Part shown: positions 23,495 through 32,000 of the stretch, one piece after another | Numbering within the stretch: the first letter of the stretch is position 1 | Layout: every line of letters begins with the position of its first letter | From: Kiritimatiella glycovorans | GTDB taxonomy: Bacteria; Verrucomicrobiota; Kiritimatiellia; Kiritimatiellales; Kiritimatiellaceae | NCBI RefSeq assembly: GCF_001017655.1 | Contig: NZ_CP010904.1 | Coordinates: forward strand, 540,001 to 572,000 | DNA length: 32,000 bases | Reading direction: 5' to 3' | Program-made: the position numbers and the translations under genes | The notes under the pieces: generated by a model | Database searches by the model: none | What the model saw: the letters and a program-made list of their open reading frames with translations, nothing else | Told to the model about the DNA's origin: nothing

Positions 23495-23863
23495 ATGAAG
23501 AAGATGATTAAGAAATCAGGGTTTACCCTGGTGGAAATCATGATCGTCGTGGCGATCATCGGTCTGCTGGCCGCGATCGGTATTCCGTCGTTCCAGAAGG
23601 CTCGCGCGAACGCGCTCGAAAAGAGCAAGGAAAACAACGTTCGCATGATCGAAACCGCGGTCGAGCAGTGGGCGATGGACCAGGGACTGACGAATGATTC
23701 GGATGTCTCGGGTTGGACCACAAACACGGTGTCCGAGTATATTAAGGGTGGTCTGGATGCCCTGACGGTGGGTAACGGCACAAACGACGAAAACACAGTT
23801 GAGCTGAGCGAAATCAACGCTCTCACGGTCGGCGAAGTTCTGGAAGTCAGCGACTTCTATTGA
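23495..23863 (+). CDS. Prepilin-type N-terminal cleavage/methylation domain protein (type II secretion or type IV pilin-like pseudopilin)
   Basis: MKKMIKKSGFTLVEIMIVVAIIGLLAAIGIPSF is the canonical G/FTLxE prepilin signature. SD gaaggag precedes ATG 23495. The gene is visibly less GC-rich than its neighbours. Confidence 0.9.
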   Translation: MKKMIKKSGFTLVEIMIVVAIIGLLAAIGIPSFQKARANALEKSKENNVRMIETAVEQWAMDQGLTNDSDVSGWTTNTVSEYIKGGLDALTVGNGTNDENTVELSEINALTVGEVLEVSDFY

Positions 23864-23884
23864 TCATCGGCGATAATGCAGAAA

Positions 23885-23916
23885 GCCCCCGCCTCGCGAG
23901 GCGGGGGCTTTTTTTT
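23885..23916 (+). terminator. Rho-independent terminator of the pseudopilin gene
   Basis: gcccccgcc-tcgcga-ggcgggggc followed by tttttttt, 22 nt after the stop. Confidence 0.85.
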
Positions 23917-23918
23917 AC

Positions 23919-23950
23919 AAAAAAAGCGCTCTCCCGTCCGGGAGAGCGCT
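23919..23950 (-). terminator. Rho-independent terminator of gap
   Basis: The minus strand reads agcgctctcc-cggacg-ggagagcgct followed by ttttttt, 22 nt after the gap stop. It sits back to back with the pseudopilin terminator. Confidence 0.85.
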
Positions 23951-23972
23951 TTCGTCTGACCGGGGGTCAGAT

Positions 23973-25001
<1,029 letters not shown>

Positions 25002-25043
25002 TTATATGGTTCCGACGGTCACTCCCATGAACAAAGAGGGCGC

Positions 25044-25073
25044 ATGCTACCCGCCTCCGCCGGAGGGAGTCAA
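25044..25073 (-). promoter_or_regulatory. Candidate sigma70-type promoter for gap
   Basis: The minus strand reads TTGACT-N18-TAGCAT, about 57 nt upstream of the gap ATG. Motif match only. Confidence 0.3.
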
Positions 25074-25182
25074 CGCCCGAGTCAGCCCGACGTTTCCTTG
25101 ACCGAGGACGCGAACCCCGCAGTATAGGCCCCGGAACCCCTGCGGCGGGGCGTATCGAAGGAAATACACGGGAGGACGGTCC

Positions 25183-27000
25183 ATGAGAATACGGATTACG
25201 GCGGTTCTGACGTGCCTTTTCGCCTCAACCGGGGCGGCGTTTGACTTCAGCGGTCTTCCCGGGGTGCTGATCAACCACAAGCCGGCCCCGAACATGATCG
25301 AATATATCCTGGGGGATGTGGAATATCTCGCGTCGCCGTCGATCACGGTCCTGCCGAACGGACACTACCTTGCGCTTCACGATACGTTCGGCCGCGGCTC
25401 GACGCAGGATGAGTACGGGATCAGCGATGTGTTTCGCTCCACGGACGGAGGCTCGAACTGGACCCATTGCGTGACGCTGACCCATCAGTTCTGGTCGACG
25501 ATATTCGAGCACCGCGGATCGGCGTACATCCTCGGTCCCACCCGGCGGGGCGGGCCCCTGGTGATCCGCCGGTCGGACGACGAAGGCCGGACGTGGACCG
25601 ATCCGGTCGACAGGGACCACGGGCTCCTTCAAGGCGGTCGTCACGGCGGCACCCCGAACCGGCCCGCCGTGTGGGGCGGTCGAATCTGGTTCAGCGTCGA
25701 CCGCCGCGCGATCTGCGCGCCCGTGGACGCCGATCTGCTCAAGGCCTCCTCGTGGAAATGGGGCCGCAAGGTGGATCAGAGGGACAAGCCCTGGCTCGGC
25801 GGCCGTTTTGAAGTCATGAGTGAGGCGCAGGTGGTGGCCGCCCCGCGCGACGGCGTGCACCTGCTGTTCAAAGTCCGCGCCCTGCCATACGCCGGAATCG
25901 TGGGGGTCGAACGGAATCCGCGGCGGCTGACGTTCGATCCCGGCCGCGATCTCGTCCCGCTGCCGGGCGGCGAGAAGAAGTTCGGGGCCGCGTACGATCC
26001 GGTCGCGGAGCGCTACATCGTGCTCAGCAACCCCGTGCTGCCGGCGCACGTCGACGACCCGACCTGGGGCGGAAAGCCGGAGATGATCCGCAATACGGCC
26101 GCCGTGCTGAGCTCGCCGGATCTGCATCACTGGGATGTGGACTACCTGTTCCTCTACTCGCCCCATCTCGACTACGAGGCATTCCAGTATCCGAATTTCG
26201 AATTCGACGGTGACGATCTTGCCGTGATCTGCCGCACGGCCTTTGACGTGGGCGGCCCCAAACCTCCGCGCGGTCACGACTCCAACCTGATCACGTTCCA
26301 CCGCATCCGCGATTTCCGCGCCCGGCGGCCGGACCTGTACCTGGAGATCAGCGCCGACCGCAGCGATGTGCTTCTGTACGAACGCACGCAGCACCGGCCC
26401 GCACCGTGGGGATCGTTTCTGCTCGGGCACGCCCCGGAGACGCCGGTCAGGGGTCTGGCGCAGGCGGAGGACGGCTCGGTGTACCTGCGCGAGGCGAGCG
26501 GCACCGTTTCACGATTCGACGCGGCGGGCAACTTTATCGCGGAAGTGCAGGAGGCACCGGTCCCGGTCGAACACACCCGCCTCGACCTGGTGCCCCCTCC
26601 GGCCCGCACCCGGACGTGGACCGGGCGGACTTCCGCGCAATGGCGCGATCCGCTCAACTGGCGGCACATGAGCCCGGCCGATACCGCCGGCGAAACCGCC
26701 GTGTTCGGCAGTGCGATCCGTGAAGCCGCGACGGTCCGGCTGGACGATCCGGTCGCACTGAAGTGTCTGCGCCTGGCGAGTGCGCATCCCTGTACCATCG
26801 AGGGGAGGGGCGCGATCGCGCTGGGTGGAGAGCGGGGCGGCAGGCTGGAGGTGGTGCGCGGCGACCACGTCATTTCCTTGCCGGTCACGCTCGCGGGCGA
26901 CGTCGTCTGCGACATCCGGGACGGGGCGTCGCTGCGGATCGACGCGCCGGTGGAGCGCAACGGCTTCGAGCTCGAGTTCACCGGCCGGACCTTCGAGTAA
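25183..27000 (+). CDS. Secreted BNR/Asp-box repeat protein (sialidase-like beta-propeller) with a C-terminal beta-strand repeat region
   Basis: Signal peptide (MRIRITAVLTCLFASTGAA). Asp-boxes RSTDGGSNWT and RSDDEGRTWT. The C-terminus WTGRTSAQWRDPLNWRH...AVFG resembles autotransporter-associated beta-strand (PATR-type) repeats. SD gggagga precedes the ATG. Confidence 0.8.
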   Translation: MRIRITAVLTCLFASTGAAFDFSGLPGVLINHKPAPNMIEYILGDVEYLASPSITVLPNGHYLALHDTFGRGSTQDEYGISDVFRSTDGGSNWTHCVTLTHQFWSTIFEHRGSAYILGPTRRGGPLVIRRSDDEGRTWTDPVDRDHGLLQGGRHGGTPNRPAVWGGRIWFSVDRRAICAPVDADLLKASSWKWGRKVDQRDKPWLGGRFEVMSEAQVVAAPRDGVHLLFKVRALPYAGIVGVERNPRRLTFDPGRDLVPLPGGEKKFGAAYDPVAERYIVLSNPVLPAHVDDPTWGGKPEMIRNTAAVLSSPDLHHWDVDYLFLYSPHLDYEAFQYPNFEFDGDDLAVICRTAFDVGGPKPPRGHDSNLITFHRIRDFRARRPDLYLEISADRSDVLLYERTQHRPAPWGSFLLGHAPETPVRGLAQAEDGSVYLREASGTVSRFDAAGNFIAEVQEAPVPVEHTRLDLVPPPARTRTWTGRTSAQWRDPLNWRHMSPADTAGETAVFGSAIREAATVRLDDPVALKCLRLASAHPCTIEGRGAIALGGERGGRLEVVRGDHVISLPVTLAGDVVCDIRDGASLRIDAPVERNGFELEFTGRTFE

Positions 27001-27032
27001 CGCGGTCCCGCTGATGCTCCTTCTCAGGAGAG

Positions 27033-27072
27033 AAAAGGCAGGGACCGATTACGCGTACGCGTACGAGTACGA
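27033..27072 (+). repeat. 25-nt box plus hexamer tract (locus D of the GTACGA-type repeat family)
   Basis: aaaaggcagggaccgattacgcgta (the exact inverse of 23041-23065) runs into tacgcgtacgcgtacgagtacga. It lies in the convergent gap between the BNR gene and dnaG. Confidence 0.75.
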
Positions 27073-27100
27073 TATTCCTCCGGGCGTCCCCCTGTGGAAC

Positions 27101-28927
27101 TCAGGAGGACCCGAGCGGGAACAGCACCCCTTCGTCCGGGTCGGTCGCCCTGTTCCACCCGAGGCGCAGGACGCTCAGGCGCGTGGTCTGTTCGAGCATT
27201 TCGCGTGCCGCCTCGGGATCCTGGTCGCGGCTGCGTTTCCGGGCCTCCGCCCGGCGCCGTTCGGCGGCGCTGATTTCCAGCCGCAGAATATAATCCCGGG
27301 CTGCTTCCGTGCAGGACGTGTCTTCCGGCCGGATTTTGTCGGGCTCCGTGATCAGGCGGGCCGCCATCGCCCGGCAGCGGTCCGGGGCCTCGCTCAATTC
27401 ATTCTGCCAGGCGCCGTCGGGGTCCGTGAGGATCGCCTCGAAGATTCTCCGGCAGTCCCCGTCGCTGAACGAGTCCGGGGTCACGTAGTCCTCAATCAGG
27501 TGGGTGGTGCCTTCGGGATGATGAATCAGTAATTCGAGAAGCCCGTACTCGGCCGGCGGAGGCGCTTCGGCTTCCTTTTCCGCGGGCGGGGCGGCTTCCG
27601 GTTCCGGCGTGGGCCGCCGGCGGCGTCCGCGCCGCAGTTCCGCGTCCAGTGCGGACTCGCTCACGTCGAGCAGGCCGGCGGCGCGACGCCGCAGCTTTTC
27701 GCGGCGTACGCCTTCGGGCAGCTCGCGCAGCGTCTGCGCGACGGCGCGCACCGTTCGCTGGAAGCCGGCCTCGTTCTCTCCCCCCTCGCGGCGGCGGAAC
27801 ACGCCGACCTGGAAGTCGATCGCCGGGAGCGCCTGTTCGATCAGTTCGCGGAAGGGTCCGGCTCCCCGGTCGCGGAGCAGACTGTCCGGGTCTTCGCCCT
27901 CGGGCAGTGTGGCCACCCGGACGACCAGTTCCTCGGCGAGAAAGGCGGTCAGCGATTTGAGTGCCGCGTTCTCGCCGGCGGCGTCCGCGTCGAGCAGAAA
28001 GATCACCTCATCCGTATGCCGTTTCAGCAGCCGCGCGTGTTCGGCCGTCAGGGCGGTGCCCTGTGAGGCCACGGTGTGGGTGAACCCCTGCTCGTGGCAT
28101 CGCACCGCATCGATCTGGCCCTCGACGATCAGGGCGCATTGCCGGTCGGCCATGCTCTTCCGCGCCCGGTCCAGCGCAAAGAGGACGCGGTTCTTGTGGA
28201 AGAGCATCGTCTCGGGACTGTTGTAGTACTTCGGGGCCCGGGGATCCGAGTCGTCCAGCGCCCGGCCGCTGAACCCGATCACCCGGCCCATCATATCGCG
28301 GATCGGGAACATCAGGCGGTTGCGGAACCGGTCGTAGGGCTGCGCTTCGGGGCGGTCCTCCTTCTTCTGAACCAGACCGCCGGCGATCAGCTCCTTTTCG
28401 GTAAATCCCTTTTTCCGCCCCCATTCCAGGGTGGCGCGCCACTCGTCCGGAGCGTAGCCGAAGAGGAAATCCTTCACCGAACGCTCCTCGAGTTTTCGCG
28501 AACGGACGTAGGCCCGGGCCTCCTTGCCTTCGGTCGATTCCATGAGGAGATGGTGATAGTGCTTCGCGGCCTCGCTCAGCAGTTTCAGCAGCCGGGCCTT
28601 GTCCGGTTCGCCCGCGCGGCGCGGCCGCTCGTCCTCGAGCGGAACCCCCGCGCGCTCGGCGAGGATCTTCCGGGCGGTCTTGAAATCGACCTGCTCGAAC
28701 TTCTCGATGAAGCTGAAGACATCGCCCGATTCCCCGCAGCCGTAACAGCGGAATACCTGCCGGTCGGGATGCACGGTGAACGACGCCGTTTTCTCCTTGT
28801 GGAAGGGACAGAGCGCTTTCCAGGTGGCCCCGGCGCGCTTGAGTCCCGGAACGCAGGCGCTGATGACTTCGACGATATCGGAGCGGTTGCGGATTTCCTC
28901 GGTGATCTGGGCCGCGTCCCGTTTCAT
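27101..28927 (-). CDS. dnaG: DNA primase
   Basis: Zinc-ribbon CPFHKEKTASFTVHPDRQVFRCYGCGESGD, the Toprim segment ALIVEGQIDAVRCHEQG and LLDADAAGENA. ATG 28927 overlaps the cvpA stop (ATGA). Confidence 0.95.
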   Translation of the reverse strand: MKRDAAQITEEIRNRSDIVEVISACVPGLKRAGATWKALCPFHKEKTASFTVHPDRQVFRCYGCGESGDVFSFIEKFEQVDFKTARKILAERAGVPLEDERPRRAGEPDKARLLKLLSEAAKHYHHLLMESTEGKEARAYVRSRKLEERSVKDFLFGYAPDEWRATLEWGRKKGFTEKELIAGGLVQKKEDRPEAQPYDRFRNRLMFPIRDMMGRVIGFSGRALDDSDPRAPKYYNSPETMLFHKNRVLFALDRARKSMADRQCALIVEGQIDAVRCHEQGFTHTVASQGTALTAEHARLLKRHTDEVIFLLDADAAGENAALKSLTAFLAEELVVRVATLPEGEDPDSLLRDRGAGPFRELIEQALPAIDFQVGVFRRREGGENEAGFQRTVRAVAQTLRELPEGVRREKLRRRAAGLLDVSESALDAELRRGRRRRPTPEPEAAPPAEKEAEAPPPAEYGLLELLIHHPEGTTHLIEDYVTPDSFSDGDCRRIFEAILTDPDGAWQNELSEAPDRCRAMAARLITEPDKIRPEDTSCTEAARDYILRLEISAAERRRAEARKRSRDQDPEAAREMLEQTTRLSVLRLGWNRATDPDEGVLFPLGSS

Positions 28928-29517
28928 GATTCGTCGATGACCTGTTCCCACTCTTCGGCCGGCCGGGCCGGTTTCTCCGCGGGTTCCGGGGCGTCGCACC
29001 CGGGCGGGAGCGGGGCGCGGGGCAGGTACTGCTCAATGAGCGGGTGCAGCTCGGAGTACACCCATCGGCCGGTGCGCGACTCGCGGCACACGGCGTCGCG
29101 CGCTCCCTCCTGCTCCAGGAACCCGGCGGCGAACAGCAGCAGCACGCCGATGAACGCCCCCCGCAGGGCGCCGGCGAAAACCCCGAAGAACCGGTCCACG
29201 ATCATGTGCGCACCCTGCCGGATCAGGGCGTGGCAGATAAACTGCAGCAGAAAGAATGCGCCGAGGTTGATCAGCAGCAGGGCGACGACCGCGGTGGTCT
29301 TCGATGCCAGCGGACCGAATCCGTAGGCGTCGCGCAGGACGTCCACCGCCGGATTGAAGCCGAAGATGAAGAGCAGCACGAGGGTTATCGTGCCGAGTAA
29401 ATGCGCCAGCTCACCCGAAAGACCGCGCACGATGCCCCGCAGCGCGCAGACCGCCGTCAGCGCAATAAAGGCGATATCCACCGGGTTCCATGTCTGCACG
29501 GCGCTCAGGTGTTCCAT
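28924..29517 (-). CDS. cvpA: CvpA-family membrane protein
   Basis: NPVDIAFIALTAVCALRGIVRGLSGELAHLLGTITLVLL and four predicted TM segments, a typical CvpA N-terminal pattern. SD gggagga precedes the ATG. Confidence 0.8.
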   Translation of the reverse strand: MEHLSAVQTWNPVDIAFIALTAVCALRGIVRGLSGELAHLLGTITLVLLFIFGFNPAVDVLRDAYGFGPLASKTTAVVALLLINLGAFFLLQFICHALIRQGAHMIVDRFFGVFAGALRGAFIGVLLLFAAGFLEQEGARDAVCRESRTGRWVYSELHPLIEQYLPRAPLPPGCDAPEPAEKPARPAEEWEQVIDES

Positions 29518-29643
29518 GACCGTTCCTCCCGGGCCGGGTCGTCGGCGGTTTCAGTCTTACGGGTCTTGTGTTCGCGGACCATTCGTGGCAGATATTTTTA
29601 TTTCATCCGACGTACCATCGACAACGAAAAAGCGGGAGGCGAA

Positions 29644-30201
29644 ATGTATTCGGCATCGGACCTGAAGAAGAACCTGAAAATTGAAATCGAGGGCGATCCG
29701 TGTGTGATCACCGATTTCGAATTCTCGAAACCGGGCAAGGGACAGGCGCTCTACAAGTGCCGGATCAAGAATATGATCACCGGCAACACCTTCGACCGTA
29801 CCTACCGGTCGGTGGACAAGATTGACGAGGCCCGGCTGCAGTCCAAAACCTATATTTACTCCTACCGCGAAGGCAATCATTACATCTTCATGGATGCCGA
29901 GACCTATGACCAGCTTCCGGTTTCACCGGAGATTCTCGGCGACCAGGAACCGTTCCTCCAGGAGGACATGGAGGTGGAAATCCTGCTTCACAACGCGCGC
30001 CCCATCGAAGTGACCCTGCCGTTTTTCGTGGACATGAAGATCGAGGAGACCGAGCCGGGCGCGCGCGGAGATACCGCGACCAACGTCACCAAGGACGCCA
30101 CCGTCGAGGGCGGACACGTGATCCAGGTCCCGATCTTCGTCAATGAGGGCGATACCGTCCGGATCGATACCCGGACCGGGGGGTATGTCTCGCGCGTCTG
30201 A
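29644..30201 (+). CDS. efp: Elongation factor P
   Basis: MYSASDLKKNLKIEIEGDPCVITDFEFSKPGKGQALYKCRIKNMITG..., 185 aa, conserved KPGKG loop. SD gggagg precedes ATG 29644; the track ORF starts upstream at 29401. Confidence 0.95.
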   Translation: MYSASDLKKNLKIEIEGDPCVITDFEFSKPGKGQALYKCRIKNMITGNTFDRTYRSVDKIDEARLQSKTYIYSYREGNHYIFMDAETYDQLPVSPEILGDQEPFLQEDMEVEILLHNARPIEVTLPFFVDMKIEETEPGARGDTATNVTKDATVEGGHVIQVPIFVNEGDTVRIDTRTGGYVSRV

Positions 30202-30354
30202 GGCCACGAAGGGGGTGCTGAAGAGAGGTAAGATGGCCACAAAGTGGCACGGGAAGTGTAGAAGAGGGGGAGGCTGAGATGAGGGGCCATAAAGAGGCAC
30301 AAGGACAGAGAAAAGTTTGCTCCCCCTTCTGTGTACCTTGTGCCCTTTTGTGGC
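30202..30354. repeat. efp-epmA spacer with four copies of a roughly 16-nt motif and a long imperfect hairpin
   Basis: ggccacgaagggggtgc (30202), ggccacaaagtggcacg (30235), ggccataaagaggcaca (30285), and an inverted copy at 30336-30354. The arms 30286-30310 and 30329-30354 can pair (about 25 bp with mismatches). Confidence 0.55.
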
Positions 30355-30358
30355 GGTT

Positions 30359-31273
30359 GTGAGTGATTTATCGGCACATGAACGAATCCGCCGTCGCGGT
30401 GCGCTCCTGAGCGCGGTCCGCGATTTTCTGCGCGGCGGCGGATACATGGAGGTCGAGACGCCGGTGCGTGTCCGCGCGCCGTGTCCGGAGGAGCACATCG
30501 ACGCGGTTCGCTGCGAGGGCGGCTGGCTGCGCACCTCGCCCGAGCTTCATATGAAACGCATGCTGTGCGCGGGTGCGGAGCGCATCTATGCGGCGGGTCC
30601 CTGTTTCCGCCGCGGCGAACACGGGCGGCTGCATCGCGAGGAGTATACGATGCTCGAGTGGTACCGCGTCGGGGCCGGGTGTCGGGATATGATCGGCGAG
30701 ACGCGCCGCCTGGTCGAGGCCTGCGCCGGAGCGTTGGGGGTTCCGGCCCCCCGGCCGTGGAGCGAGTGGAGCGTGGCGGAGGCATTCAGGCGGCATGCGG
30801 GGTGGGATCCGGTGGCCGCATTCGAGCCCGACCGGTTTGACTTCGATCTCACCGACAGGGTTGAGCCGGCGATCAAAAAACACGGCGGGGCGGTGCTGCT
30901 GTACGGCTATCCCGCCGGGCGGGCCGCGCTGGCGCGGCTCGATCCCGGCCCCCCGCGCGTCGCGGAGCGATGGGAACTCTATATTGAGGGACTGGAGATC
31001 GCCAACGCCTACTCGGAATTGACCGACCCCGTCGAGCAACGCGGGAGATTCGAGGCCTGCAACGCGGACCGCGCGCGGCGCGGGCGCGACGTCTATCCGG
31101 TCGATGAGGCCTTCCTGGAGGCCATGGAGGCAGGGCTGCCCGAATGCGCCGGAATCGCGCTGGGGATCGACCGGCTGCTGATGGCGCTCACGGGAGCGCA
31201 GCGCATCGACGACGTCCTGCCGTTTCCGGAGGGGCAGGGTAGAGGATGCGGAATGAAAAGCGTGCAGGATTGA
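30359..31273 (+). CDS. epmA: EF-P lysine aminoacylase (class II LysRS paralogue)
   Basis: RIRRRGALLSAVRDFLRGGGYMEVETP, TSPELHMKRML, FRRGEHGRLHREEYTMLEWY, GIALGIDRLLMAL, directly downstream of efp. The start is uncertain (GTG 30359 or 30350, or TTG 30317). Confidence 0.9.
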   Translation: MSDLSAHERIRRRGALLSAVRDFLRGGGYMEVETPVRVRAPCPEEHIDAVRCEGGWLRTSPELHMKRMLCAGAERIYAAGPCFRRGEHGRLHREEYTMLEWYRVGAGCRDMIGETRRLVEACAGALGVPAPRPWSEWSVAEAFRRHAGWDPVAAFEPDRFDFDLTDRVEPAIKKHGGAVLLYGYPAGRAALARLDPGPPRVAERWELYIEGLEIANAYSELTDPVEQRGRFEACNADRARRGRDVYPVDEAFLEAMEAGLPECAGIALGIDRLLMALTGAQRIDDVLPFPEGQGRGCGMKSVQD

Positions 31274-31298
31274 TATCCGCCGCGAGAATGGGAAGGCC

Positions 31299-32000
31299 AT
31301 GAAGGTTAAAATGACGCATTCGGCGGATTTAATTCAGAATCCCGCTCCCGGCACGGCGCTGCGGCGCTTTCAGGGCGATGTGCTCGCCGTGGAACTGGAG
31401 GCCGGGGATGCGGGGTCGGGGGCGGCTTATCTGCGGACCAATCTCGGACGGGCTGCGGTGCGGCGCGCTGAACTGATCGCCGAGGTGCACGAGGACGCGC
31501 CGGTGCTCGCGCGCGACTGGCACGACCTGCGGATGCGCCCGCTGGGAGACGGGCGCTACCGGATCGACCTGCCGCTGGCCGAGACGGGCTGTTTCGAGGC
31601 CAAGGCCTTTTTCCTCCCCGAAGGCACGGACGATCCCCTTTGGCCGACGGGCGCGAATCTCGAACTCAAGGTCGAGTCCGCCGGGTACAGCGCCGCCAAT
31701 ACGCTCTATACGGCCTTCGTGCGCCAGTTCGGGCCGGCGAAGACCCGCTCCTCGCGGGAAAGGGCGCATCCCGACCCGATCCGTGCGCTCGACGCGAAGA
31801 ACTATACGGTGATCCCGCCCTCCGGCACGTTCCGGGACCTGATCGCGGAGCTGGATTTCATCATCGGGACCCTGGGATTCCGGATCGTTCAGCTTCTGCC
31901 CGTCCACCCGATTCCCACCACCTTCGCGCGTATGGGAAGATTCGGCAGCCCGTTCGCCGCCCTTGATTTCATGGACGTGAATCCCGCGCTGGCGGAGTTC
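31299..32000 (+). CDS. Alpha-amylase family (GH13, GlgE-like N-terminus) protein, truncated by the window end
   Basis: Not in the ORF track because no stop is reached. My translation from ATG 31299 (SD gggaagg) stays open to nt 32000. It ends ...GTFRDLIAELDFIIGTLGFRIVQLLPVHPIPTTFARMGRFGSPFAALDFMDVNPALAEF, which resembles the start of a GH13 catalytic barrel. Confidence 0.6.
   Translation, partial: MKVKMTHSADLIQNPAPGTALRRFQGDVLAVELEAGDAGSGAAYLRTNLGRAAVRRAELIAEVHEDAPVLARDWHDLRMRPLGDGRYRIDLPLAETGCFEAKAFFLPEGTDDPLWPTGANLELKVESAGYSAANTLYTAFVRQFGPAKTRSSRERAHPDPIRALDAKNYTVIPPSGTFRDLIAELDFIIGTLGFRIVQLLPVHPIPTTFARMGRFGSPFAALDFMDVNPALAEF

Noticed and set aside
31329-31907. A 192-aa ORF on the minus strand at the right end
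   Set aside because: The opposite (+) frame from ATG 31299 stays open to the window end. It has an SD and ends in a GH13-like motif. The minus-strand translation is Arg/Gly/Pro-rich with no motifs.

Overview
GC-rich, densely coding chromosomal window. I found no rRNA, CRISPR array, transposase or integrase. The gene content (an orphan prepilin-type pseudopilin, a Tat-signal sulfatase-like protein, a BNR/Asp-box sialidase-like protein, ddl-ftsQAZ) suggests a PVC-superphylum bacterium (Kiritimatiellota, Verrucomicrobiota or Lentisphaerota-like); this is inference only. Recognisable genes in order: rhaA, ddl-ftsQ-ftsA-ftsZ, a leftward operon (transglutaminase-like 567-aa protein, Dus, small ORF), a tandem C2H2-type zinc-finger protein followed by uppP, a STAS protein, pyrE, glycerate kinase, an M50 protease, an AsnB-like protein, a sulfatase-like protein, tRNA-Leu(CAG), bioD, rmuC, a coiled-coil anchor protein, the pseudopilin, gap, the BNR protein, dnaG, cvpA, efp-epmA and a 3'-truncated GH13-like gene. 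What the gene list does not explain: (1) a modular dispersed repeat family brackets the rhaA-ddl-ftsQAZ block, and related tracts built on a 6-nt phased GTACGA-like core occur at four intergenic loci. (2) Three enzyme homologues have lost hallmark catalytic residues: FtsZ, the AsnB-like protein and the sulfatase-like protein. (3) Two uncharacterised proteins sit head to head: one has a Cys-His-Asp motif resembling a transglutaminase or papain-like core, the other has two classical-spacing C2H2 fingers. (4) Several structured or palindromic intergenic elements occur at 19147-19280, 23091-23112 and 30202-30354. All calls come from reading the translations and sequence by eye; no database search or computation was run.
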